A DNA stretch of 32,000 nt from Nostoc punctiforme PCC 73102 (lineage in GTDB: Bacteria; Cyanobacteriota; Cyanobacteriia; Cyanobacteriales; Nostocaceae): NCBI RefSeq assembly GCF_000020025.1, contig NC_010628.1, positions 8,190,001 through 8,222,000 of the forward strand, read 5' to 3'. Positions 23,565 to 31,734 of the stretch are shown here, one piece after another. The notes beneath the pieces are model-generated. The model was not told the origin of the DNA and did no database searches. It was given only the letters and a program-made list of their open reading frames with translations. The stretch's first letter is position 1, and every line of letters starts with the position of its first letter. Made by a program: the position numbers and the translations under genes.

Positions 23565-24482
23565 ATGAAGCAATTTTTACGCTGGATAATTTTGGGCGGA
23601 ACGCTGTTTTTTTTAGCGAAAGCCTTGAAAGATAATTGGATTGGAGTGACTGCTATCCGCATTGATGGGGTAGGATGGACAATTATAGCGATCGCTACAG
23701 GCGTAACTTTACTAGCGCATACTTGGGCAGGCTGGATTTGGACTTGGATTCTACAAGAGTTAAATCAATCTGTATCATCTCCCCAATTTATCCAAGTTTA
23801 CCTAAAAACGAACATCGCTAAATATTTACCAGGTAATATCTGGCATCACTATGGGCGAATTGTCGCCGCCAAAAAAGCTAATGTCTCTGCTGGTGCAGCC
23901 ACCTTAAGCGTTTTGCTAGAACCCCTACTCATGCTAGCGGCTGCTTTAATCATCATTGTCTTATGCAGTAGCCAATTTGCGGCAGCTAATACTACCCTTG
24001 CTATTCAAGTACTACAATTATTGAGTTTAGCTCTAGTTCTTTGTGCAATTCATCCCCGGTTTTTAAACCCAGTTATTCGCTTTTTGTACAGATTAAAAGC
24101 AAAAAAGTCTGCTACAACTCAACCAACTGTTCCCTTCAGTCTGAAAAGCTACCCTTTACGCCCTTTATTAGGAGAATTGGGCTTTATGGCACTACGCGCC
24201 ACTGGGTTTATATTAACTATGTCCGCCCTAGGTTCGTTGAACGTAAATCAAATTCCTTTGTTGCTAGGGGCTTTTAGTTGCTCTTGGCTGTTAGGTTTTG
24301 TGATTCCGGGTGCGCCTGGTGGGTTAGGTGTGTTTGAGGCGACTGCCTATCAACTTTTGCAACATCACTTTCCAGCGGCCCTAGTATTCAGTGCGATCGC
24401 TCTATATCGCCTCATTAGTATTTTAGCTGAAACTGCGGGCGCTACCCTCGCTTACTTAGACGAACGCCTTGCTAAATCATAA
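23565..24482 (+). CDS. UPF0104 / lysylphosphatidylglycerol-synthase-TM-region-like integral membrane protein
   Basis: Multiple hydrophobic helices. Motifs KYLPGNIWHHYGR and PGAPGGLGVFEA are typical of the family (from memory). Confidence 0.65.
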   Translation: MKQFLRWIILGGTLFFLAKALKDNWIGVTAIRIDGVGWTIIAIATGVTLLAHTWAGWIWTWILQELNQSVSSPQFIQVYLKTNIAKYLPGNIWHHYGRIVAAKKANVSAGAATLSVLLEPLLMLAAALIIIVLCSSQFAAANTTLAIQVLQLLSLALVLCAIHPRFLNPVIRFLYRLKAKKSATTQPTVPFSLKSYPLRPLLGELGFMALRATGFILTMSALGSLNVNQIPLLLGAFSCSWLLGFVIPGAPGGLGVFEATAYQLLQHHFPAALVFSAIALYRLISILAETAGATLAYLDERLAKS

Positions 24483-24494
24483 ATTAGACAAAAC

Positions 24495-25811
24495 TCATTT
24501 GGGTTTATCTACTTTCATCTGTGAAAACACACGATAACCATCTAGATTCAACTGCGGATTACTGCTTTGTTCTTCTTCCATCTTAATCAAGTTATATTCT
24601 ACGTTTTCTGCATAAATTGCAAACGTGATATTAAAAATCTCCATAAAATTGATTACACCTTTACATTCATCTTCAGGATAGTTTTCGTAAAAACGAATCA
24701 GATGAGCAATCCGAGTTTCTAAATGACGACGGGAATTATTACAAATTAGAATGATTTTTAAAAGTATAATGACCAATGTTAGAGCATGACCTTGACTAAT
24801 TAACAACATAAATAATGGTGAAGGTTCCTTGTTATTTTCTATTGTCAAGCAATCAATTACTCGATTACAGGTTCTTAGAAACAATTCTTTAGTGATAACT
24901 TCCTGATTATAATCCTTCTTCCATGATGATAAAATCTCCATAAACTGCTGTTTCCATATCTCAACTGATTCTTTTCCTACAGAAAGGAATAGATATTTTT
25001 CCAGATTAATTTTAAATTCTTCTAGAGTCTGATTTTGAGTTTGCTTGATAAATATATGAGCAATATTCTCATGACTAAAAACCCCTCTTTTTAAAACAAT
25101 TGCTTTGATTAAACGTAGAGCCTGGTCTCCCAAAACACTAGGATTTTTATAGCGTGCTGTGCTTGAAACGGTAGATTGAGAACGAGCAATATACATTGCC
25201 AGTTCAAACTTAAATTTTTCTTTTATCTGTTTAGAAAGCTTTCTAGCAGCCTCTTGTTGCTCTATGGGATTATTTTTATTAACAGATTGATCGATTAATA
25301 AATAAGAACTATAGCGATTAGCCCAATGACCTTTAGATGATTCATCATATTTAGCAGCAAATAGTTTCAACTCTTGGTAGTCTTTGCTGTTGACAAAATT
25401 CTCTAACCAAGTTTTACAAATCTTTACTACTGGGTCATTATTGTCCTTGATCTGGAGATTTTCATTAACAAATAAATTAACTAATTCTTGGATATATTTA
25501 TCTTTTCGATTAGTCTTCCAATTATTAACTATAATGTAGCAACACCGCTTGAGTGTATTATATAATTCTTGCTCATTATCATCTAAAAAAATACTATATA
25601 TCCCAGGAATATAATCTGACTCTTCTGAATCAAGACCGTCTATAAATAAACCTTTGAATTCTCGCAAAACATCATCTGGTGACAGTTTTTTGACAATTTC
25701 CATGAAGAAGCTATAAACCTCTTCTTGTGCAATTTGCACATTTATCTGTCTGGAGCTAGACGTAACACTATGGGGATTTTCCTGACTAATTGATAAACTA
25801 TTAGCGTTCAT
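24495..25811 (-). CDS. Hypothetical protein, 438 aa, AT-rich, no motif recognised
   Basis: Long uninterrupted ORF with no overlapping competitor. It is K/N/I/E-rich with one hydrophobic stretch (LFMLLISQGHALTLVIILLKIILI). Confidence 0.5.
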   Translation of the reverse strand: MNANSLSISQENPHSVTSSSRQINVQIAQEEVYSFFMEIVKKLSPDDVLREFKGLFIDGLDSEESDYIPGIYSIFLDDNEQELYNTLKRCCYIIVNNWKTNRKDKYIQELVNLFVNENLQIKDNNDPVVKICKTWLENFVNSKDYQELKLFAAKYDESSKGHWANRYSSYLLIDQSVNKNNPIEQQEAARKLSKQIKEKFKFELAMYIARSQSTVSSTARYKNPSVLGDQALRLIKAIVLKRGVFSHENIAHIFIKQTQNQTLEEFKINLEKYLFLSVGKESVEIWKQQFMEILSSWKKDYNQEVITKELFLRTCNRVIDCLTIENNKEPSPLFMLLISQGHALTLVIILLKIILICNNSRRHLETRIAHLIRFYENYPEDECKGVINFMEIFNITFAIYAENVEYNLIKMEEEQSSNPQLNLDGYRVFSQMKVDKPK

Positions 25812-26031
25812 TCTAGTTATCAGGACAAAAAGGCTTCCTGTTCATATTATTACCAGCTTAACCTTGGTGAACACTAGCATCAATCTATTCTTCTGAAATT
25901 CAGTAATTTTTTTACATAAATTTGATAAAATCTGACCATAAATAAAGTATTAAATTTAAATCGTTTAATACTTCATCAAAAAAGCCAGTGAAATTACTTA
26001 GCTTCAGCAATGAAGTACGACATAAAACTAA

Positions 26032-26070
26032 ATGGGCGAGTTGATTTACCATTAAATACAACTCGCCCAT
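26032..26070 (-). terminator. Hairpin (12-bp stem ATGGGCGAGTTG / CAACTCGCCCAT, 15-nt loop) just outside the relic end beside copy 3
   Basis: Perfect stem. On the minus strand it is followed by TTAGTTTTAT, so it could stop read-through leaving tniQ of copy 3. Confidence 0.45.
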
Positions 26071-26082
26071 ACTTTATATAAA

Positions 26083-26137
26083 TGTGACTTTACCCATAAC
26101 TTTGCCGCTACTGGAACCATAACTTTGCCGTCAACAA
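26083..26137. repeat. Relic transposon-end-like segment starting TGTGACT with two CCATAACTTTGCCG boxes
   Basis: Boxes at 26094..26107 and 26117..26130 (23-bp spacing). The outer 25 nt match the reverse complement of 6172..6196 at 21/25. Confidence 0.45.
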
Positions 26138-26188
26138 TGTCACTTAAAGGATATTGTGGCCGTTTTTAAAGCATAAAGTGGCCGCAGT
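26138..26188. repeat. 51-bp terminal inverted repeat, tniQ-proximal end of copy 3
   Basis: TGTCACTTAAAGGATATTGTGGCCGTTTTTAAAGCATAAAGTGGCCGCAGT, identical to the reverse complement of 6096..6146. Confidence 0.8.
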
Positions 26189-26222
26189 AGTAAAACCTTA
26201 GAGAAAGGCGAATAAATAAGAT

Positions 26223-27809
26223 TTACTGTGAAAGATCCAGTCTTATCTGCCTTAAAACATCAATTACCTCAGCCTGCCACAGCAAAGAGGGATGAGGCAT
26301 AAATTTTCTGAGATTTTTAGCAGTAGGGGTAATGCCTTGTGCATGAAGTACTGAAGCGAGTTGGCGTACTTCTCGACAGCCTTGCTCAATAGCTAGTTTA
26401 TGGACGAATTTGCGGTAATCTTTATAGCGTAAAGAAATAGCATGGCACACAATAGGGCAATAGTGGTAGAAAGTAGCCAAACCAATACCAGTTCTCTTAG
26501 CTATTTTTCTTAGAGAAGGTGGTGGATACTCGTCGCTAAACAAAGCTAATTCAAGTATGTCTCTGATGTGTAAAAATCTTAGCTGCTGTTGATATTCACT
26601 ATATCTAGTAGCCAAAGATGCTGATAAAGATTTTGAGCAAGCAGTTAAACTACTAGGAGTTTTGAATCCTAAACGAACAGCTAATTGAGTTAAAGAAGGA
26701 GGTGGTTCTTCTTCTTGAGCTAGTTGCATCGCCTGAATAACTCGTTCGCACTTAGGACTACTATTTGAAGTAACTAAAGCAGACTGTGATGATAATTTTT
26801 TCTGTTTAGGAGCAGGTAGAGAAACTAGCTGCTTAAGAGTAAGAGGTAGTATTTTAAGTTGAAGAAAATCGACAAGATTAGTTGATAAGGCGTAGCAGAT
26901 TTTCAAAAGTTTATCTAAATTTGGGATGGCTACACCTGAATACCAATGTAGAATTTCATATCTCGATAACCCAAGCCAACGACCAAAAGCGGAAACATTA
27001 CCTTGAGTATATTGATAGACGTAAGCTTCTAGGATTGTTTTAATAGTCTCTCTTGGAGGTGGACAAGGAAATTCAGGAGCTTGAGCAATTAAATCTCCTA
27101 AAGTCTTAACTATCCAAATCTCTTGCTGTAAATTGGGTATCTCCTCGAACAATCTCTTATCTGGCAAAGATACTTCATAGTTCATCCCCAACCAACCACC
27201 ACATTTCAGACAAAATCCAGGTCGTGAGTTATGCCACAGGTGTAAAAATTCAAGGTCACAGTGAGGACATTTTGATTCTAAAAATCGATAATGGATGGGA
27301 CAAATGTTAGCTGGTTTCAAAGCCCACAGCAGAGGTGAATAAATGACTTGTTGATTATTTAACCAGTCTTGATAGCAATAAGGACACCAAGCATGAGAAT
27401 GCTTGAGCAATCCCAAAACTGGGAAGACTTTTGCCCAAGGTAGCATTGTCAAAAACTGTAAGTCAGTACGTTTTGTCAATATTTCTAGAGCAAAAACCAG
27501 TTGTTTAGCTCCAATTTGTGTTCCGTTTAAAGCTTTTACAGAAGCTTGTCCATACAAACTTACGATACTTTTAGAATTCAAGGGATTGGTAGTATGGTTA
27601 TGCCCAACTATTGGTTTTATCTCTCTAGCCAATAAAGTTCCAGGCAATACGCTATGAGCTGCGGCTAGACGAGCAACATAGCTAGTCAGACTTTCAACAT
27701 AACAAGTACCAAGTCCAATCGGTTCCAGATGAAACAACCGGCTAGGACTGGGAGTAAATTCTGGGTCTTTGAGCCACAATTCATCGTTAACCGCCATGTT
27801 AGTCATCAT
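26223..27809 (-). CDS. tniQ: Long TniQ/TnsD-like target-selection protein, 528 aa (identical to copy 2)
   Basis: Translation identical to ORF 4475..6061. Confidence 0.8.
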   Translation of the reverse strand: MMTNMAVNDELWLKDPEFTPSPSRLFHLEPIGLGTCYVESLTSYVARLAAAHSVLPGTLLAREIKPIVGHNHTTNPLNSKSIVSLYGQASVKALNGTQIGAKQLVFALEILTKRTDLQFLTMLPWAKVFPVLGLLKHSHAWCPYCYQDWLNNQQVIYSPLLWALKPANICPIHYRFLESKCPHCDLEFLHLWHNSRPGFCLKCGGWLGMNYEVSLPDKRLFEEIPNLQQEIWIVKTLGDLIAQAPEFPCPPPRETIKTILEAYVYQYTQGNVSAFGRWLGLSRYEILHWYSGVAIPNLDKLLKICYALSTNLVDFLQLKILPLTLKQLVSLPAPKQKKLSSQSALVTSNSSPKCERVIQAMQLAQEEEPPPSLTQLAVRLGFKTPSSLTACSKSLSASLATRYSEYQQQLRFLHIRDILELALFSDEYPPPSLRKIAKRTGIGLATFYHYCPIVCHAISLRYKDYRKFVHKLAIEQGCREVRQLASVLHAQGITPTAKNLRKFMPHPSLLWQAEVIDVLRQIRLDLSQ

Positions 27810-28938
27810 CTGAATTTACCCCTACATCATCTCTTTTAGGTTTTCTTTGTCCAACACGACCTTTTTTGAGTAGGGAATTTTTGGCTGGCATTTTTATTCC
27901 ATGTTCTGTTGAATATTGCCGCTCAAAAAAACTGGATTCTTCTTGAAAGCGTTTAAATCCCTGTTGTGCTTCTTCCTTAATTTTGTTGATACGAGATGCA
28001 GAAAAAGCACCTAATTTAAGATGTTTGCTATTAAGAGTCCGAGCTTCTTCAGAATAGGCAACTCTCAAAGAACGAGTTAACCAATTCTTCAATAGCCCCA
28101 CACAACCAACTGAGCCAGAAAAAAGATACTCATAGTGTTGTTCTAATTTTGGTTCTTGTACAAGCGGAATGTGGCGTTGAAAAGTTCTAATTACTCTAAT
28201 AAATTCAGCAATATCTTCTGGGTTATCAGCTTGGTAAGGTAACAGGTGAATATCTTCGCTACGCCGCCCTATTTGCCCATTCAAGGTAGGACAGTTAAGC
28301 AGTTCATAAGTTCCAAATAAAATATGTACTGTACCAGTAAGATTAGCAATAGACTTAATCCAGTTCATTTGCTGTAACATCTGGTGTCCGCCTGCCATCA
28401 TAAATAAATGCTGTGCCTCGTCTACAGTAAAAGCTTTTACCTGACGATAACGAAATGCTTTTTCCATTGCTCGGCGTAATGCGGGCGAATCTTGGCGGTA
28501 AGCCCGATTTAGCAACCCCAAATCCTTTACCTCACCGTGAGGAATTTCATAATCAATTTTGTATTCAATCAAAACTTCCTGAAGGGATTCTAGGGCGCGA
28601 GTGTAATAATCTTTATAGCTAAACTTTCCTTGTTCTGTTGGAATAGCTTCAATACCAGCAACAGCAATTTGACCAGGATTTTGGCGTAATGAGGGGAGAA
28701 ATTCGTAATTTAGCAGATTTTCCAGACGCAAGCGTAAGGTTGTTTTTCCTACACCAGTCACACCAAAAACTAAAAATACTAAAGTGTCAGCTGGCTCCAG
28801 AATATTAATTAATAAAGTATCTAAGGCTTGTTTGAGCCTTTGATGTGGAATAGTGATACTTTTGAAATAATCAGTTTTAATTTCGTTCGGCTGTAAGAGA
28901 AGTTCTTCTGGAAAAGAGTGCGACTGAATTTTTACCAT
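27799..28938 (-). CDS. tnsC: TnsC/TniB-like AAA+ ATPase, 379 aa (identical to copy 2)
   Basis: Translation identical to ORF 3346..4485. Confidence 0.85.
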   Translation of the reverse strand: MVKIQSHSFPEELLLQPNEIKTDYFKSITIPHQRLKQALDTLLINILEPADTLVFLVFGVTGVGKTTLRLRLENLLNYEFLPSLRQNPGQIAVAGIEAIPTEQGKFSYKDYYTRALESLQEVLIEYKIDYEIPHGEVKDLGLLNRAYRQDSPALRRAMEKAFRYRQVKAFTVDEAQHLFMMAGGHQMLQQMNWIKSIANLTGTVHILFGTYELLNCPTLNGQIGRRSEDIHLLPYQADNPEDIAEFIRVIRTFQRHIPLVQEPKLEQHYEYLFSGSVGCVGLLKNWLTRSLRVAYSEEARTLNSKHLKLGAFSASRINKIKEEAQQGFKRFQEESSFFERQYSTEHGIKMPAKNSLLKKGRVGQRKPKRDDVGVNSDDD

Positions 28939-29106
28939 AGCTCCTCTGTATTGTAAGCTTCTATTTTGGTTAAATCTATTAATTTTTTTGCTGATGATTT
29001 TGGCTTTTTAATGCTTTCTGAACCTGCCAAAATATTTTTATCTACATCTTGAACATTAGCTGAATAATTGTGTTTACTTAATTTACTTTCAATAACTGAG
29101 CTTTTT

Positions 29107-31584
29107 TCAATTAAAAGCCCAAATATCTTGTTGTGCTAAATCATGTAAGCGTTGTAATAACAAAGTTTCTTGGGCTTCAGTTCCTTCTAAATATGTAGCT
29201 TTTTCTTGGGCAGATAGAGTAATTCTTTGAGCGTGTTTCTGCCTTTTTCGACGTAATTGTGTGCTGGCTATGTTCACTTCTTTTTCGGAACGATTTTGGA
29301 AGGATTTGTAATGTTCAGAAATACAGCGTATCCAACGTCCCTTAACGTAAGCATAAGCAGTCCCCATATCAAAAGGGTCGTAACGAATAGGTACATTAGT
29401 TCCTTCAATTTCTGGTCTTATGAACGAATCATCAATTGACCAATAGTAGAGATAATTAATTTTCACGCCTCTACTTGGTTGAACTTTTGCAGTTCCTTTA
29501 GGTGTAGAAGGTAAGGTAAAAATCTTAAAATTATCATCATAAATAATCTGTTTCTGAGGGCGATAACCACTTGAATTTAGCCCTGACATAAAAGTTTGAC
29601 GTGGGCTTTGTCCTAATGTTGGATGTTCTCTGCAATCATAGAATTCGTAACAATATGAACAAAAGTTTTCGTAGAGTTGATCTAGTGTCCAAACAGCTTG
29701 ATTTTTGGGATTATTTGATTTCGTGACTTGGCGGACATTCTTAGTAATTTGAGTGTTGCCTCTAAGATTATAAAAAAACTCTGTATTTGTAGTTCCAAAA
29801 ATACGTTCAATAATTGAACCAAATCTGGCTTTCGCAGCTGGTCGCTGCTTTTTGGTACATTCAAAAGCCGCTAACAAGGTCTCAAAGTATGTACTACTAA
29901 ATTCTGTCCCACCGTCAACAACTATTGTCTCTGGTAATTTCTCAAATCGCTGTACGCAGATTCTTAATACCATCATGCAACTACGGTAGCTTGGCTCGTC
30001 AAAAGTTAGGTAAACTGCGAGAATACGTCGGCTGTAAGCATCGATTAACAGAGTTGCCCAAGGTCTACCAAGAAGATAACCTGTTCGGGAGCATACTAAC
30101 TCAATATCCAGTTGCGTATGGTCAATGTGTGCTATCTCAAATGGACGGTCGCCATGACATGGTGTGGTTAATTTCAACTCCCAATACAATAAAGATTGTT
30201 GATAAGCTGCTCTGTTTCCCTTACGTTTTTTTGTTTGCCTATAACCAGAACGATGTTGAATTCTAGAACAAAATGTAGCGTAGCTAGGCAGCTTATCTGT
30301 TAGACCTGCTTTCTCCCATTCTCTTGCTAGAATTCCATAAACAGCTAGTTTGCTTCTTTGTTGAAAAGTTTCATAATATTCTTCAATTATTTTGTCAATG
30401 AAATCTTGAGACGATTGAGAAATTCTGGGTAAGCGATTGCCTCTAGCATTAGAGTTATTTAGCAGCCCAATATAACCACATTTGTACGCCTTTTGTGCTG
30501 CTATAAACTTAGCCTTCCATCTGCGAATAGTACGTTGTGGAACAGTTTCTTTATCTCTATAACTGTCATTAAGATAAGGTTCAATTACTTCATATCTTCG
30601 GTTAGCTTCTGCCAAGTCTTCAGGACTAGCTCTCAAAAAACGCTCCATTGCTTTTGGAGACATTTTTACTTGATTATGAGTTTTAGGTTCCAGTTGATTG
30701 GGTTTAACATCTAAAATATTCAGAATCGTTCCATTATTCGGTTGCGATTTTATCATTTGTACATAAGCTACCGCGATTTCTTGGTCACGGAAAAGCTGTA
30801 CTTTTTCTGGCTCTGCTAAGGGTGCGGCACTCAAATTAATGTAAATTTTTTTTGTAGCTATTAAAGCATTTATGTCATCAGGATTGCTCTGTTGAGTATG
30901 AATCATTTCCCAATAACTTATGCCCGGATTTAAGCTAATTAACTTCACCAAATTTTCAGCTATTTCTGGGTCAATTTGGTAATCTTCAGTAGTATAGGCT
31001 TTGAGAAATAGTCGATTTCTGTATTTAATCCAATCAATTTCTGTATCTAACCGAATTCGGTAATACAGTCCTAATTTTTCTGCATAAGCAACTGCTGGCA
31101 GGTTTAACCACTGCCCATCTTCTGAACGCATATAACGTTGTGATTGTTTAGCTGCTAATTTTTCTAATCTTGATTCTGGTTTCCACTCTTCAAAACCTGC
31201 ACTCCGCTTCCGAATTACGAAAAAGTCTGGTATATGCGAAGCTTTGATTATTTCCCCACTGCTTGAGGGGAATTCTAGAGTAATTTGATATGCTTGGTCG
31301 TAGTATTCGAGTACATCTGCGTCTTCTTCGTACTCCTCTACACCTGGCAATTCAATTTTATGGGACTCAAATTGAATAGTTTTTCCCATTTTGCGACTGG
31401 CGTAGTCGCCCCGGACATTTATACCACTGCTTTTGACTCGCCGAATTGGTTCAGAGGCACGGATTTGGGAAATTAATTGCCTAGCCTCTTGTGGTAAATT
31501 TACGCCGCGACACCAATCATTAAACTCTTGGTCGCTCAACATATTGGCCCCCAAGCTTTTAAAGCCGCAACAAGCTCTTACCAC
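29107..31584 (-). CDS. tnsB: TnsB-like transposase truncated by a +1 frameshift (825 aa; the full-length equivalent would span 28932..31584)
   Basis: The first 822 aa are identical to copy 2. Copy 2 reads GATATTTGGGTTTTAATTG, and copy 3 reads GATATTTGGGCTTTTAATTG (extra base at 29117), giving ...DIWAFN* in place of the last 61 aa. Confidence 0.85.
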   Translation of the reverse strand: MVRACCGFKSLGANMLSDQEFNDWCRGVNLPQEARQLISQIRASEPIRRVKSSGINVRGDYASRKMGKTIQFESHKIELPGVEEYEEDADVLEYYDQAYQITLEFPSSSGEIIKASHIPDFFVIRKRSAGFEEWKPESRLEKLAAKQSQRYMRSEDGQWLNLPAVAYAEKLGLYYRIRLDTEIDWIKYRNRLFLKAYTTEDYQIDPEIAENLVKLISLNPGISYWEMIHTQQSNPDDINALIATKKIYINLSAAPLAEPEKVQLFRDQEIAVAYVQMIKSQPNNGTILNILDVKPNQLEPKTHNQVKMSPKAMERFLRASPEDLAEANRRYEVIEPYLNDSYRDKETVPQRTIRRWKAKFIAAQKAYKCGYIGLLNNSNARGNRLPRISQSSQDFIDKIIEEYYETFQQRSKLAVYGILAREWEKAGLTDKLPSYATFCSRIQHRSGYRQTKKRKGNRAAYQQSLLYWELKLTTPCHGDRPFEIAHIDHTQLDIELVCSRTGYLLGRPWATLLIDAYSRRILAVYLTFDEPSYRSCMMVLRICVQRFEKLPETIVVDGGTEFSSTYFETLLAAFECTKKQRPAAKARFGSIIERIFGTTNTEFFYNLRGNTQITKNVRQVTKSNNPKNQAVWTLDQLYENFCSYCYEFYDCREHPTLGQSPRQTFMSGLNSSGYRPQKQIIYDDNFKIFTLPSTPKGTAKVQPSRGVKINYLYYWSIDDSFIRPEIEGTNVPIRYDPFDMGTAYAYVKGRWIRCISEHYKSFQNRSEKEVNIASTQLRRKRQKHAQRITLSAQEKATYLEGTEAQETLLLQRLHDLAQQDIWAFN

Positions 31585-31652
31585 AAATCTAGGCTTTCGC
31601 CAGTTAAACAGTCTTTTATTGATATAAATATTTATACTTACCAGTTCAGATG

Positions 31653-31703
31653 ACTGCGGCCACTTTATGGTTTAAAAACGGCCACAATATCCTTTAAGTG
31701 ACA
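31653..31703. repeat. 51-bp terminal inverted repeat, tnsB-proximal end of copy 3
   Basis: Identical to 308..358. Terminus ...AAGTGACA at 31703. Confidence 0.8.
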
Positions 31704-31734
31704 CAAAAAGCTTTTTGGCATTTTCAATTTTTAG

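Larger units (their letters stand above)
26138..31703 (-). mobile_element. Tn7/Tn5053-like tnsB-tnsC-tniQ transposon, copy 3 (5566 bp, tnsB frameshifted), tnsB end facing tRNA-Leu
   Basis: Maps to copy 2 by x -> 32284-x (32285-x beyond the indel). TnsC and TniQ translations are identical to copy 2. The only difference I found is one extra base at 29117. Confidence 0.85.

Noticed and set aside
22601-24277. ORFs 22601..22846, 22770..22961, 22968..23153 and 24041..24277 (+)
   Set aside because: They overlap the lipoprotein gene in antisense or the UPF0104 gene out of frame, with no supporting signals.
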